Numbered from the stretch's first letter, positions 25,238 through 38,702 are shown. The stretch: DNA of 64,000 nucleotides from Chiloscyllium plagiosum (GCF_004010195.1 NC_057711.1:3481931-3545930); one strand, 5' to 3'. The notes: a model not told the origin generated them from the letters alone. Program-made: numbers and translations.

Positions 25238-25934
25238 CCCTAAGAAGGTAATGAAGCTCTTTTGCCACTGAGAACAGTTAATATTGTTGCTTTAAGTATC
25301 GTAAAAACAGAGATAGACTAATTTTTATTCATTTTGGGAATCAGGGGTTATGAAGAAAAGTCAGGAAAGTGGAATTGGGGTTTATCATCTCAGTCGTGAT
25401 CTCATTGAAGTATAGAACAGACTCAGTGGGCTGAATGGCCTTCTAGAATAGTCTCGCTGCCTCAGTTCTCAACACCTCCATTTCTGAAGCCTGTGAAGCC
25501 CATTTGCTTTTTCAATCACACTCTCAACATGTCACACCGCCAAATTCCTTTTTCAAGGTACATCCTTTAAACTGCCTGAATGATTCTACATTGCCTACGG
25601 GCAGCATGGATCTTGGTGCATGAATCCATGGTGATGGCTTCTCTGTTTCTTATCCCAAAACACTAAAACCAGTCTGAATATGGGAAATGACTGAGTCTGT
25701 GAGAGGCTGTGAGAGGTTTCATACATGGTGATGGTTTGGTCTGTAAATCACAGCCTCATCTCCTTCTATCTCACCCTCTCTGTTTCTCTCTTTGTCTCTC
25801 TCCTTCTCACTGCCTCCTCTCAGACCAAATGAAAGAGCCCAGGACAGGGAGCCAAATCAAGCTCTTCTGGACCAGTGGAGTCTCTCACCATTGAGCTGTG
25901 AGGGCATAGACAACATCCAAACAGTGTTCCTCAC

Positions 25935-26318
25935 CTTCAATTTCCAGCTTTGTTGGAGACTGTGTTTGAAAACTGCCAATATTGAGCTCCACACGACACA
26001 GATAGGAACCAGCAGCCTCCTGGCTCAGTCCCTCCATCATTACTGAGACATCTTTGTTGCTGAGGTTCCCCACGAATCTGAATCGATTCCCACCGTCCCG
26101 CTGTATCACATTCTCACACAGCTCACCCTGGGAATGGTCTGGACCAGAATATGTACAGTTAAAGATAACACCTGTGTCAGATTTAATCCATATGATGGAG
26201 CCGGTGAGTGTGAGGTGAGTGTCAGGGTGGGTGAAGCTGCAGGGTAAGACAGCAGAGCCTCCTTCCTCAGCCCTCACTCCATCCATGACTGTCATTGACC
26301 AACCATCATCAGAAACCT
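25935..26318 (-). CDS. Ig V-set exon A2, Siglec-15-like, essential Arg retained (YLCRVEL)
   Basis: Acceptor (ct)n-cccccctcacag and donor GAAG|gtgag; 384 bp, phase 1-1, open. Encodes WSMTV...AVLPCSFTHP...FNC...ELC...RFRFVGN...YLCRVEL...TKLEIE. Confidence 0.92.
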
Positions 26319-26423
26319 CTGTGAGGGGGGAGAGAGAGAGAGAGAGAGAGAGAGACAAAGGATGTTAACACATCACCAGCACAGTTATCAGTGTGTGGAA
26401 CTGAAACTTTGAGACTCTGATCT

Positions 26424-26524
26424 CTGAAGAAGGGCTCCTGAAGAAGGGCTCATGCCCGAAACGTCGATTCTCCTGCTCCTTGGATGCTGCCTGACCTGCT
26501 GCGCTTTTCCAGCAACACATTTTC
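26424..26524 (+). mobile_element. Short Penelope pLTR fragment with 12-bp TSD
   Basis: TSD agactctgatct at 26412-26423 and 26525-26536. Confidence 0.8.
26438..26465 (+). ncRNA. Minimal hammerhead ribozyme motif (PLE-associated)
   Basis: CUGAAGA-A-GGGC-UCAU-GCCC-GAAACGUC. Confidence 0.6.
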
Positions 26525-27470
26525 AGACTCTGATCTGAGTCTGTTATTTCATGGAAACAGGGATAGCAGTTGTAATGAGAGGCAGTGACCTAATGGTAAT
26601 GTTAATTCATGAGCAATCCAAGACTGGGTTCAGATGTTTCAGTTTCTAACATGGCCACTGCTGGAATTTCAATTCAGTTATTAATCAGTTATTAAACATC
26701 AGAAATTAAACAGGAGCATAATGGTATCCATGAAATTATTATCAATGTTGGAAAAAATCTATCTAGTGCACTGAAGTTCTTCAGAGAAGGGAAATGCTGT
26801 CCTTACGTGTCTCACCCACAGCAACAGATTTAACTCTAAAATGACCTCAGAAATGGCCACGGGAGACACTCAGTTGCACCAAACCAGGACAAAACATAAA
26901 ATGAATGGCACGACTGAATTGTGTTACAAATCATACAACACCAGGTTATAAACAAACAGGCTTGTTTGGAAATACTACCAACAAACCTGTTTGACTATAA
27001 CCCGTTGTTGTGTAATTTTTAGCTTCGTTCACTCTAGTCCAACACTGGCACCTCCATATCATGACTGAACAGGGAATACTGTGTCAATAGCCATGTTCTA
27101 TTGCTTCACATATCAGCAGGAACTGTATAAATGTTCAAGAATTCCAACAAGATCACCAAAACCTGAAATGCCTGGGAGTTCCTGTTTTGGGACAGAAGGG
27201 AACCACACCAGCAATCTTCAGTAAAAATAATTCCATCAATTAATTTATAGTAATATCTGCACCACTCCCTCCCCACACACAGACGCACAGAATCAATCAC
27301 AATTAAGACAGAGAAAAGATAAACAGTTTATATTTCTACCATGAGTGAAAAAAAGAATACAGACAGGCTAAACAAAATTCTAAAAATCAAATTCAAAGTT
27401 TGTGCGAAGATTTATAGCTCGGGTGCTCGTTGTTGTGGTTCTGTTCGCCGAGCTGGAAGTTTTTGTTGCA

Positions 27471-27504
27471 AACGTTTCGTCCCCTGGCTAGGCGACATCA
27501 TCAG
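27471..27504 (-). ncRNA. Minimal hammerhead ribozyme motif (PLE-associated)
   Basis: Minus strand CUGAUGA-U-GUCGCCU-AGCC-AGGGGAC-GAAACGUU. Confidence 0.55.
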
Positions 27505-28147
27505 TGCTTGGGAGCCTCCAGCGAAGCGCTTCTTTGATGTTTCCTCCGGTGTTTATAGTGGCCTGTCCCTGCAGCTTCCGGTTGTCAGTTTCAGCTGTCC
27601 ACTGTAGTGGTTGGTATATTGGGTCCAGGTCGATGTGTTTGTTGATGGAGTTTGTGGATAAATGCCATGCCTCTAGGAATTCCCTGGCTGTTCTCTGTCT
27701 GGCTTGCCCTATGATAGTAGTGTTGTCCCAGTCGAATTCATGTTGCTTGTTGTCAGCGTGTGTGGCTACTAAGGATAGCTGGTCGTGTCATTTCGTGTTC
27801 CATTTATATCGTTTATTGATTTATCTCACTGGGTTTCAACCTCATTAAATGATCACCAGCTAAGTACTTTGCCCATCATTGCTGGACTACCATCAATCCC
27901 TTTAATGAAACCTGCAAGTGTTGCCTTCCCTACAATGGTGTTGTAAAGTATCATACTTCATCATTTAACTTTTTGTTAAAGCAGATGTACAAATGTACCC
28001 TGATAACACGATGGATCCAGATTTCCTGCTGTAATTATTACTGTGGAAGGATTGAAGCAAGGCCATATGGGCAGCTGGGATTTTGACCAAATTGCTGACA
28101 GATTGATGACAATGACATTTCTGGTGGAAACGTCAGCATAATGGTAC

Positions 28148-28205
28148 CTGAGGTAATGGGGTATGTGCAGTGGACAAGAACGCACATTGCTGAACACAAG
28201 AGCAT
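28148..28205 (-). CDS. Candidate signal-peptide (leader) exon MLLCSAMCVLVHCTYPITS
   Basis: ATG at 28205, 19 codons plus 1 nt, then TCAG|gtacca (phase 1). Joins in frame to exon A2 1.8 kb downstream. The donor is non-optimal. Confidence 0.5.
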
Positions 28206-29061
28206 TTCTGGATAAGCATTATTTAACACTAATTAAGCTGGGATTTGTTCCTTGTTCAAATCTTGTCCCCACCGCCCTCACACACAAAGCTTTCTCCCAG
28301 ACTGCAGAACAGGAGGGAGCCCTCAGCCACTTAACTGGCAAGCGTCACACCTTCAGTCAGATTGAAGAAGGCTGGGTGCGGAAATAACAGAGGAAGGAGG
28401 GTGGGGGAATTGGGTGGAGATGGAACCCAGAGAGACAACAGCTGTTGAGCAGATAGGTCAAGCCAGACAGAGAACAGCCAGGGAATTCCTAGAGTCATGG
28501 CATTCATCCACAAACTCCATCAACAAACACATCGACCTGGACCCAATATACCAACCACTACAGCGGACAGCTGAAACTGACAACCGGAAGCGGCAGGGAC
28601 AGACCACTATAAACACCGGAGGAAACATCAAAGAAGCGCTTCGCAGAAGGCTTCCAAGCACTGATATTGTCGCCTAGCCAGGGGATGAAACGTTTGCAAC
28701 AAAAACTTCCAGCTCGGCGAACAGAACCACAACAAAAATCAAATTCCTGAACACAAGATGGAAAGATTTTTCTCTTTCACAGTCCCTGTTGTTTTTTGCA
28801 GTGATGAGATGCTGTTCTCTATACAATGATTGTCATCCTTCCAATTAAATGTCTATTATGTGAACTTAGATCTTTGCTCATCGTTCTTTTCAGCTTTCTT
28901 GGTTTTTTCATCTTTATCTCCATGGTGACAGGTGGGTGGGAGAAATGGCTGCTTTTTGTCTGTAGGCTCCAGATGATTTCCACTTTCAGGGGCTCCAGGA
29001 ACTTATAGCTTTGTAACAGTAGTAGTTCAATCAGAGGGCAGTGCCAGGAGGAATTTTGTTG

Positions 29062-30735
29062 TGAACATTATGGTGTACCCAAGAACTCTGTGGGAAGCCA
29101 GAGAAGTGTTTGCTGGGCCTCTGGCTGAGATGTTTGTATCATCGATAGTCACAGGTGAGGAGCTGGAAGACTGGAGGTTGGCAAACATGGTGCCCCTGTT
29201 GAAGAAAGGCGGTAAAGACAAGCCAGGGAACTACAGACCGGTGAGCCTGACCTCTGTAGTGGTCAAGTTGTTGGAGGGAATCCTGATGGACAGGATGCAC
29301 ATATATTTGGAAAGGCAAGGACTGATTAGGGATAGTCGACATAGCTTTGTGTGTGGGAAATCATGTCTCACAAACTTTATTGAGTTTTTTGAAGAAGTAA
29401 CAAAGAGGATTGATGAGGGCAGAGCAGTCGATGTGATCTACTTGGACTTCAGTAAGGCATTCGACAAGGTTCCCCATGGGAGACTGATTAGCAAGGTTAG
29501 ATCTCACGGAATACAGGGAGAACTAGCCACTTGGATACAGAACTGGCTCAAAGGTAGAAGACAGAGGGTGGTGGTGGAGGGTTGTTTTTCAGACAGGAGG
29601 CCTGTGACTAGTGGAGTGCCACAAGGATCGGTGCTGGGTCCTCTACTTTTTGTCATTTATATAAATGAATTGGATGTGAACACAGGAGGTATAATTAGTA
29701 GGTTTGNNNNNNNNNNNNNNNNNNNNNNNNNNNNNNNNNNNNNNNNNNNNNNNNNNNNNNNNNNNNNNNNNNNNNNNNNNNNNNNNNNNNNNNNNNNNNN
29801 NNNNNNNNNNNNNNNNNNNNNNNNNNNNNNNNNNNNNNNNNNNNNNNNNNNNNNNNNNNNNNNNNNNNNNNNNNNNNNNNNNNNNNNNNNNNNNNNNNNN
29901 NNNNNNNNNNNNNNNNNNNNNNNNNNNNNNNNNNNNNNNNNNNNNNNNNNNNNNNNNNNNNNNNNNNNNNNNNNNNNNNNNNNNNNNNNNNNNNNNNNNN
30001 NNNNNNNNNNNNNNNNNNNNNNNNNNNNNNNNNNNNNNNNNNNNNNNNNNNNNNNNNNNNNNNNNNNNNNNNNNNNNNNNNNNNNNNNNNNNNNNNNNNN
30101 NNNNNNNNNNNNNNNNNNNNNNNNNNNNNNNNNNNNNNNNNNNNNNNNNNNNNNNNNNNNNNNNNNNNNNNNNNNNNNNNNNNNNNNNNNNNNNNNNNNN
30201 NNNNNNNNNNNNNNNNNNNNNNNNNNNNNNNNNNNNNNNNNNNNNNNNNNNNNNNNNNNNNNNNNNNNNNNNNNNNNNNNNNNNNNNNNNNNNNNNNNNN
30301 NNNNNNNNNNNNNNNNNNNNNNNNNNNNNNNNNNNNNNNNNNNNNNNNNNGTGACCTTATAGAGGTTTACAAAATTATGAGGGGCATGGATAGGGTAAAT
30401 AGGCAAAGTCTTTTCCCTGGGGTTGGGGAGTCCAGAACTAGAGGGCACAGGTTTAAGGTGAGAGGGGAAAGATATAAAAGAGACCTACGGGGCAACTTTT
30501 TTACACAGAGGGTTGTACGTGTATGGAATGGGCTGCCAGAGGAAGTGGTGGAGGCTGGTACAATTGCAACATTTAAGAAGCATTTGAATGGGTATATGAA
30601 TAGGAAGGGTTTGGAGGGATATGGGCCGGGTGCTGGCAGGTGTGACTAGATTGGGTTGGAATATCTGGTCGGCATGGACGGGTGGGACTGAAGGGTCTGT
30701 TTCCATGCTGTACACCTCGATGACTCTATGAGTCT
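29062..30735 (+). mobile_element. Young CR1 LINE 3' half (spans a gap)
   Basis: RT ORF with [24 protein letters not shown] and [11 protein letters not shown]; tgactcta tail. Confidence 0.95.
29707..30350. other. Assembly gap (others at 39592-39781, 50542-50853 and 56215-56540)
   Basis: Runs of N, each inside a young retroelement. Confidence 1.
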
Positions 30736-33700
30736 AAGTCTTCTGGCATCAGTTCAAACATGACCAAAGAAATCTTCTGATTACTACCTCCTGCCATAAT
30801 GCTCCCACTCCCACCCTTACAATCAAGTTGGCTACCACTTGGAGGTCAACACGGACACAGAATGTACTGTGCATGGGGGATGTTAATATCCAACAGCAAG
30901 AGTGAAATGGCAGCTTCATTACTGACTGAGCTAGTGGAGGCCGAAAAGGCGTAGTTCTTGAACTTGGTCTGTCGCAGGTGGTGACGGAACCAATAAGAGA
31001 GAAAAGCTTGGCCTTGTCCTCAGCAGTCTATCTTTTCATGATAGGGCTGGGAGGACTGGCCACTATACAGTCCTTCTGGAGACAAAGTCCCTTCTTTGAA
31101 GGACATTGAGGTATATCCCCACCATGTGTGTGGCACTAGCCCTGTGTTAAATGGGACAGGCTCTGAATAGATCTAGCAACTCAGAACTCAGTTCCCAGCA
31201 ACACTCTAGGTCAGCAATACAGCCGAATTGAACTCCAACCCAAACTGTAAACTCCAAGCCTGAGTGTTCCCTGACTTAAGCATTACCATTAAGTCAGGTC
31301 ATCAACCCTGGTACAATGAAGAATGCAGGAGCGGATGACGGGAACACCACCAGCTAAAATTAAAATAAGATGTCAGCTATAAAACAGGGATACCTCAATG
31401 CCAGACTGCATAAACAGCAAGTGATAGCCTGGGATAAGTGACCCCACTGTCAGTGGATCAGATATAAGCTCAGCAGACCTGCAACATGCAGTTGTGAATG
31501 GTTGAGGGCAATTAATCAACTTAACAGGGGTATGAGTCTCCACACACATTCCCATCCTCAGTGAGGGGGATCCTAGCTCATTGGTGCAAATGACAGGGCT
31601 GAAGCATTCACACCTAATTTGAACCAGAGTGTTGAGTGATGATCCATCTCACTCTCTTCCAGAGATCCTCAGCATCACAGATAATTCCTTACCAAGACGG
31701 CAAATATGATTCTGTGGATCTGGAGACATGTGTTGCTAGGGTGTGGGACAGAAATCACTGACTTGGAGCTATTCCTCACCCAGCTTCTGACCCAAACTTG
31801 AGGGCTACACTCATTGCCCCTGATGTGACACAGCGAACCCTGTTATTGAAGGCTGGTATACCACCTATGCCTATCCTGTGCTCTACAAGTAGGGCCGGCC
31901 AAGTGAGGAAGGCAGAAACAAAAGCAGAAATTGCTGGAACGACTCAGCAGGTCTGGCAAATCTGTGTTCTGGGTCCAGTGACCCTTCTTCAGAAGAAAAA
32001 TGACTCAAAATGGTAGACTGTGAATAACATGGATATTGCAGCTGCTCCTGATACTCAGGCTTAATTGGAGATTTACTTGGAGATTTCTTACAGTATTTCA
32101 TTTCCATTGTACACGATTTTTATTTTGATTCAGTTTTAGTTCTTTTATGGTCAAAAATGCAAAGAAAAGCAAAAACAAAATAAAAGCACTCAATTTTTTA
32201 TCAAACGGAGTTCTGCAATCATGGATGGTTCGGAGTTTTTATATCTCTATGAAATTATATGCATAGCAGAGACTTTGTTATCATTGCTGAAGTGATTCTT
32301 TTTAAAATCGCAAAGGAGAGGTTTTTTTTTAAAGACAGAGTTGTGTTTATAGAGATTTTGGAGAGGCTTATACGTCGATGATTCTGGCGTGGGAATTTTT
32401 CATGGGAACATTGAAAGCTGCCTGCTGGACCAGTTGAGCAGGAGTCACTTTTGTTATTATTTAAATTCGATTGTTCAGCTCAGTGGTTGATTTTATTGAA
32501 GATTTCTACATTTGATTTTTCTTTAGATTTATATGTTTTATTCATTTTATTTTTTTTTGCATGCTTAATATTAACTCTTTGGCAAAAGAAAGGTAGTCTA
32601 ATTTATATATTAGGAGCTATTATAACCTGCCTCTTTTTGGCTTAATAACATTGAAGGCATACACGCGATAGAGTTAAACAGCGAGTTAGATTTAGAGAAG
32701 CGAATACACAGCATGATCAGTCAGATAGATGGGTGACTATCAGAAAAGGTAAGAAGGTAATTCAGAGGTCTCCTGCTGCAATTCCTCTCTCAAACAGATA
32801 CTCAATTTTGGATACTCTTGAAAGGATAGTCTCTCAGAGGAAAAAAAGATGAGACAGTCAGATCTTGTACACTAAGAATGAATCTTATGTTAGATAGGTT
32901 TGACAAAATTTCGAAGAATAATTATTATGGGGGACTGTCCTGTCAAGGGCACAGACAGACGTGGGATGGACAGGATTTGCAGTTCAATGTTCCAGGTTTC
33001 TGATGCTACAGGAAGGATAGAAAAAGAGGAGGGGCATGGCATTTTTAATTAAGGAAAACATTACTCCTGTTATGAGAGAAGATATTTCTGAAAACTGTCC
33101 TGTGAAAATGCATAGGTTGAAATTAGAAACAAAAATGCAATGATAACTTTGATGGGATTGTATTGCAAGTCCACCAGAAAGGTCAGAAGGAAATTGAGGA
33201 ACAAATATTTTGAGAGATCTCAGGTATTTGTAAGAATAATAGAGTTGTATTGGTAGGTGATTTTAATTTTCCAGACATTGACTGGGACAAGTTTTGAATG
33301 GTGAAGAACTTGTTAAAGAAAATTCTCTTTATCAATATGTAAATATTCCAATAAGAGAAAGAGCAAAACTTGACCTTCTCTTGAGTATAAAGACAGAGCA
33401 AGTGACTAAAGTGATAGTAGGGAAACACTTGGGCCAAAGTGATCATAATTCAATTTGTTTTAATATGGCTATGGAAAAGGGTAAAACTTCTCTAGAAAAT
33501 AAAGTTTTTAATTGGAGTAAGGAACATTTTAATGATGTGAGACAAGATCTTTCAAACTTTGATTGGAGCAAACTATTCACAGGTAAAGGGACATCTGGTA
33601 AGTGGGAGGCTTTCAAATGTGTGATAATGAGAGTTCAGAATCATTATGTTCTTGATCAGCTAAAAGGTGAGATTGGTAGGATTTGAGAACAATGGATAAA

Positions 33701-34258
33701 TTATGATATTGAAGTTCTAGTCAAAAATAAAAAAGAATAATATATTCGATATAAACAACTGGATTCAAATGAATCTCTTGAACAATATAAAGAGTTTAGG
33801 GGCATTCTTAGAGATAACAAAGAGAGGATATGAGATAGCCTTGACAAATAGGGTTAAGGATGATCCAAAGAGTTTATATAATTACATTAAGAGTAAAACA
33901 GCAACTAGAGAGAGAGTAGGACCCCTTATAGATCAAAGAGGTCACCTTTGTGTTGAACCTGAGGAGATGGGAAAGATATTAAATGAGTATTTCATGTCAA
34001 TTTTTACTGTTGAGAAAGGAATGGAGGCTAGGAAACTCAGGGAAATAAATATTGATGTTTTCAAAACAATTCACATTACAGAAGAGGAAGTGCTGGAGGT
34101 TAGAGAAAATGTAAAGATAGATAAACCTCCAGTACCTGACTTAGAATATCCCAGGACTTTGAGGGAAGTAAGGGAGGAAATTGAAGGGCCTCTTGCAGAA
34201 TTATTTGTCTCCTCTACAAATGCGGCTGAAGTGTCCAATAGCTGTAGATGGGCTATTA

Positions 34259-35408
34259 CAGAGTCATAGAGTCATAGAGATGCACAGCATGGAAACAGAC
34301 CCTTCGGTCCAACCCGTCCATGCCGACCAGGTATCCCAACCCAATCTAGTCCCACCTGTCAGCACCTGGCCCATATCCTTCCAAACCCTTCCTATTCATA
34401 TACCCATTCAAATGCCTCTTAAATGTTGCAATTGTACCAGCCTCCACCATATCCTCTGGCAGCTCATTCCATACACATACCACCCTCTGTGTGAAACGTT
34501 GCCCCATAGGTCTCTTTTATATCTTTCCCCTCTCACCTAAACCTTTGTCCTCTAGTTCTGGACTTCCCAACCCCAGGGAAAAGACTTTGCCTATTTACCC
34601 TATCCATGTCCCTCATCATTTTGTAAACCTCTATAAGGTTACCCCTCAGCCCCTGATGCTCCAGGGAAAAAAGCCCCAGCCTGTTCAGCCTCTCCCTATA
34701 GCTCAAATCCTCCAAACCTGGCAACATCCTTGTAAATCTTTTCTGAACCCTTTCAAGTTTCACATCTTTCCAGAATTGCATGCAATATTCCAACAGTGAC
34801 CTAACCAATGTCTTGTACAGCCACAACATGACCTCCCAACTCCTGTACTCAATTCTCTGACCAATAAAGAAAAGCATACCAACACCACCTTCACTATCCT
34901 ATCTACCTGCGACTCCACTTTCAAGGAGCAATGAACCTGCTCTCCAAGGTCTCTTTGTTCAGCAACACTCCCTTGGACCTTACCATTAAGTGTATAAGTC
35001 CTGCTAAGATTTGTTTTCCCAAAATGCAGCACCTCGCATTTATCTGAATTAAACTCCATCTGCCACTTCTCAGCCCATTGGCCCATCTGGTCCAGATCCT
35101 GTTGTAATCTGAGGTAACCCTCTTCGCTGTCCACTACACCTCCAATTTTGGTGTCATCTGCAAACTTACTAACTGTACCTCTTATGCTCACATCCAAATC
35201 ATTTATATAAATGACAAAAAGTAGAGGACCCGGCACCGATCCTTGTGGCACTCCACTAGTCACAGGCCTCCAGTCTGAAAAACAGCCTTCCACCACCACC
35301 TTCTGTCTGCTACCTTTGAGCCAGTTCTGTATCCAAATGCCTGGTTCTCCTTGTATTCCGTGAGATCTAACCTTGCTAACCAGTCTCCCATGGGGAACCT
35401 TGTCGAAC
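34259..35408 (-). mobile_element. Young CR1 3' fragment nested in older CR1
   Basis: [21 protein letters not shown] and SKFADDTKIGG; (agagtcat)n tail. Confidence 0.95.
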
Positions 35409-35576
35409 TTTGTGCCTTTATTTAATAAGGGATGTAAGGAAAAGCCCGGGAATTACAGACCTGTGAGTCGGAATTCAATGGTGGGTAGCTAGGAATGTAA
35501 GGAATGATTTGGGATACTTAGCATTGTTTTGTCTGAGGGAAATTGTGTCTCACAGACATGATTGAGTTTTTAGGTA

Positions 35577-35905
35577 GGGCAGCACGGTGGCGCAGTGGTT
35601 AGCCCTGCTGCCTCACAGCGCCAGGAATCTGGGCTTAATTCCAACCTTGGGCGACCGTCTATGTCGAGTTTGCATGTTCTCCCTGTGTCTGTATGGGTTT
35701 CCTCCCGGTGCTCCATTTTCAACCCACAATCCAAAGTTGTGCAGGTTAGGTGAATTTGCCAAGCTAAATTGCCCATACTGTTATTGGATATGTAGATTAG
35801 GTGCATAAGTCCGGGGTAAATATAGAATAATAGGGGAATGGGTTACTCTTCAGAGGGTCGGTATGGACTTGTTGGGCCAAATGGCCTTTTTCCATACTGT
35901 AGGGA
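35577..35905 (+). mobile_element. HE1/V-SINE
   Basis: gggcagcacggtggcgcagtggttagc head and V domain. Confidence 0.9.
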
Positions 35906-38348
35906 TTTTAAGTTCATAAACAACATAATTGGTGAAGGCAGAGTTGGAAATGTTCTTTATTCGACTTTAGTAAAGTCTTTGACAAGCTTCCGTATGGTAG
36001 ACTAATTAGTAAAGTTAGATTATGTGGGATTCAGGGTGAGCTTGGCAATTGGATACAACATTGGCATAACGGCAGAAGACAGAGAGTGACTGTGGAGTGT
36101 TGATTTTTGGACTGGAAACCCGTGACTGGCAGTGTTCCACAGGGATTGGTGCTGGCTCCACTTTTGTTTGTCATTTATATAAATGAATTAGATGAAAATA
36201 TAGAAAGCATAGTTAGTAATTTGTGGATGACACCAAAATTGCTGGTAAATTGGAAAGTGAAGATGGTGATCTGAGATTACCAAGAGATCTTGATTAATCA
36301 GGTCAATGGTCTGAAGAGTGTCAGGTGGAGATTAATTTGGATAAATGCAAGGTATTGCATTTTGGAAAAACAAATGAAGGCAAGACTTATAAATTTAAAA
36401 GAACAGAGAAAGACCTAAGCTTTCTTTCTTTGACTTTACATCGCTTATAGATAGGGTGATTAAGGTGCTGTTCAGCACGCTTGCCTTCATTACTCAGATT
36501 GCACCATGTTGACGTTGTACTGAACATTGGTGAGGCATCTTCAGGAGTACTGTCCACTTCTGGTTACCCTGTTATTGGAAGGATATTATTAAGCTGGAGA
36601 AGGTTCAGAAGAGATTTATCAGGATTTTGCTGGGAATTGAGTGTTACAGCAAAAAGGAGAGACTGGATAGGCTCGAACATTTTTCACTGGGGGCATAAAA
36701 GGTTCAGAGGTGATCTTATAGAGTTTTATAAAATTATGAGTGGTATAGATAAGATGAATGGTCGATGCCCTTTCTGTAGGGTGGGGCATTTCAAGACTGG
36801 TGGCATATTTTAAGGTAAGAGGAGTAAGATTTAAAAAAGACATGAGGAACAATTTTTTTATATAGACAGTGGCTTGTGTGTGGAATGAAGATCAGGAGCA
36901 AGTGGTGGATATAGGTACAGTTACAATGTTTAAAAGACTTTTGGATAAGTACATGAAGAAGAAATCTTAGAGGGATATGGGCCAAGTGCAGCCAGATGGG
37001 ATTAGTTTAGACTGTGATTATGGTTGGCATGGACTGTTTGGACCAAAGGGTTTGTTTCGATGCAGTATGCCTTTATGACTGTCTGACTCTACAAATGATT
37101 GTTGCTGGGAAAAGGTTGGAATAAATTATGAAGATGAGATGGACAGAGGGGAGAGGAGCAAACCCTCGGTGGAGATGGAGTTCAGGGAGGAAGAAAAACT
37201 GTTGGATAGACAAAGGAATGGTAAAGGTCAGCCTGGGAGAATGAACAGCTGCTGATGGGCACCATTAGTCGCTGAGAATGGATTGTTTGTGATAACAGCC
37301 CATGTCTGATGGGCTGGTGTATGTGGGTTGGGGGGAAGGAGATAGGAGAAGGTGCTTTAGCCTTAAAATTATTGACCTCAATAATGAGTCCAGGAGGCAG
37401 ATTTCATTCTCAAAGTCAAGTCACTATATTCTTAGCAGACCATGGGGCTGCTCTCTCACTAGACAGAGGTAATTGATGGCGATTTAACCTGAGGTCCACC
37501 ATACTTCAGGTGAGGGGAGAAGTTGAGAAGGCAAATCGTTCATGGTAACCTGAATAGTGTGGGAATTGAACCCATGTAGGTTTAACACACCAATTGTTCA
37601 ACCAACTGAGCCAAACTGACCCCTAGTTTTCCTAAAAGGCATGACTGTATCAGATGGGCCTTCTACATATATCAACAACGTGGCCATGAAATTAGCTTAT
37701 TTAAATTCCAGATTTTTAAACATTTCATTCAAATTTCACAAACTTCTGCTGTGCTGGAATTTGAACCCATAGCCCCAGACTTGGGTGTCTGGAGTAATCA
37801 TCCAGTGACAGTAGTAGTATACCACCAAGTCATGTGTGAATGCAGGACTCAGATAGGTCCCACATGGCTGTGATGACTCACATAGTCAAATGGAGACTGA
37901 GAGAATGTACTTGCATTGATGGAACTATTCCTGATGAAAACTTTCATTGTAACCAAGAGGAACACATTCGACTGCTACACCTTCCTAATTGAGGAGATGA
38001 TCTCAATATCAGCACAAATTTGGGTGCTTTGGAGACTGAACTGAATGTTCTGCATGTGGTAAAAGTCTTTCAACACTGATATCAGAATGTATCTAAATGG
38101 ATTAGCACATCAAATTGCTTAAAATATTTTAAAAATCAAATTCAAAACACAAAAGCAAAATATTGCTGATGCTGGAGATTTGGGAAAAAAAACAATCAAA
38201 ATGCTGCCAATACTCAGCACACCAGATAACACCTTGGAGAGAAACAGTGTTAATGCTTAGTTCAATGACCTTTCACCAGAGAATCAAGTCACAAAAAATT
38301 CACAGAATCTGTTCCATTCTCAGATGAAAGAATGTGTGAATGGCTCAC

Positions 38349-38702
38349 CTGGTATGACCTGCATCCGACTCTCTTTCTGGATTAGACATTGAATATCCTC
38401 TTGTAATAATGTGTAATCCACCACACACAGGTAAGTATGATTGTCCTTCACAGTCAACTGGTTTATCTGGATTAAGATGATTCCCTCCTCTGCGTTCCCG
38501 ATGAGCTCGTACCGATTTCCACCATTTACAGTTGTCCAAGTTCCCTGTGATTGGGCTTTAAAAGTAACAATGTGTTGATAGGGCTCCGTCCTCATTAAGG
38601 TAACAGTGGTCAGCTTGAGGAAGTCCATGGTCTCGAAGATACAGGGTAAAGTAACTGAATCTCCCTCTGTCCCACTCACCACTGGGACACTTGCCTGAGC
38701 AG
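38349..38702 (-). CDS. Ig V-set exon B1; core Trp replaced by Leu, possibly defective
   Basis: Acceptor tttgttctttcctcag and donor CCAG|gtgag; 354 bp, phase 1-1, open. Encodes GTEGDSVTLPC...TVTLMRTEPY...RYELIGN...INQLTVKDNHTYLC. Paralog of 14172-14525. Confidence 0.87.

Larger units (their letters stand above)
27395..28733. mobile_element. Penelope-like inverted-arm cassette enclosing ~660 bp of non-PLE sequence, 13-bp TSD
   Basis: Left arm ~27395-27796 (minus; GIY-YIG C-terminus HEFDWDNTTIIGQARQRTAREFLEAWH) and right arm ~28452-28735 (plus). aaaaatcaaattc at 27382-27394 and 28734-28746. Confidence 0.8.
32640..37090 (+). mobile_element. Long degenerate CR1 LINE with nested CR1 and SINE
   Basis: ORF1 remnant, EN (LDLLL, LGQSDHNSI), RT and 3' UTR. 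Confidence 0.9.

Noticed and set aside
29061-30448. Long ORFs crossing N runs (also at 39.2-39.9, 50.3-51.1 and 56.1-56.6 kb)
   Set aside because: Their length is an artefact of the assembly gaps; the real parts are retroelement fragments.
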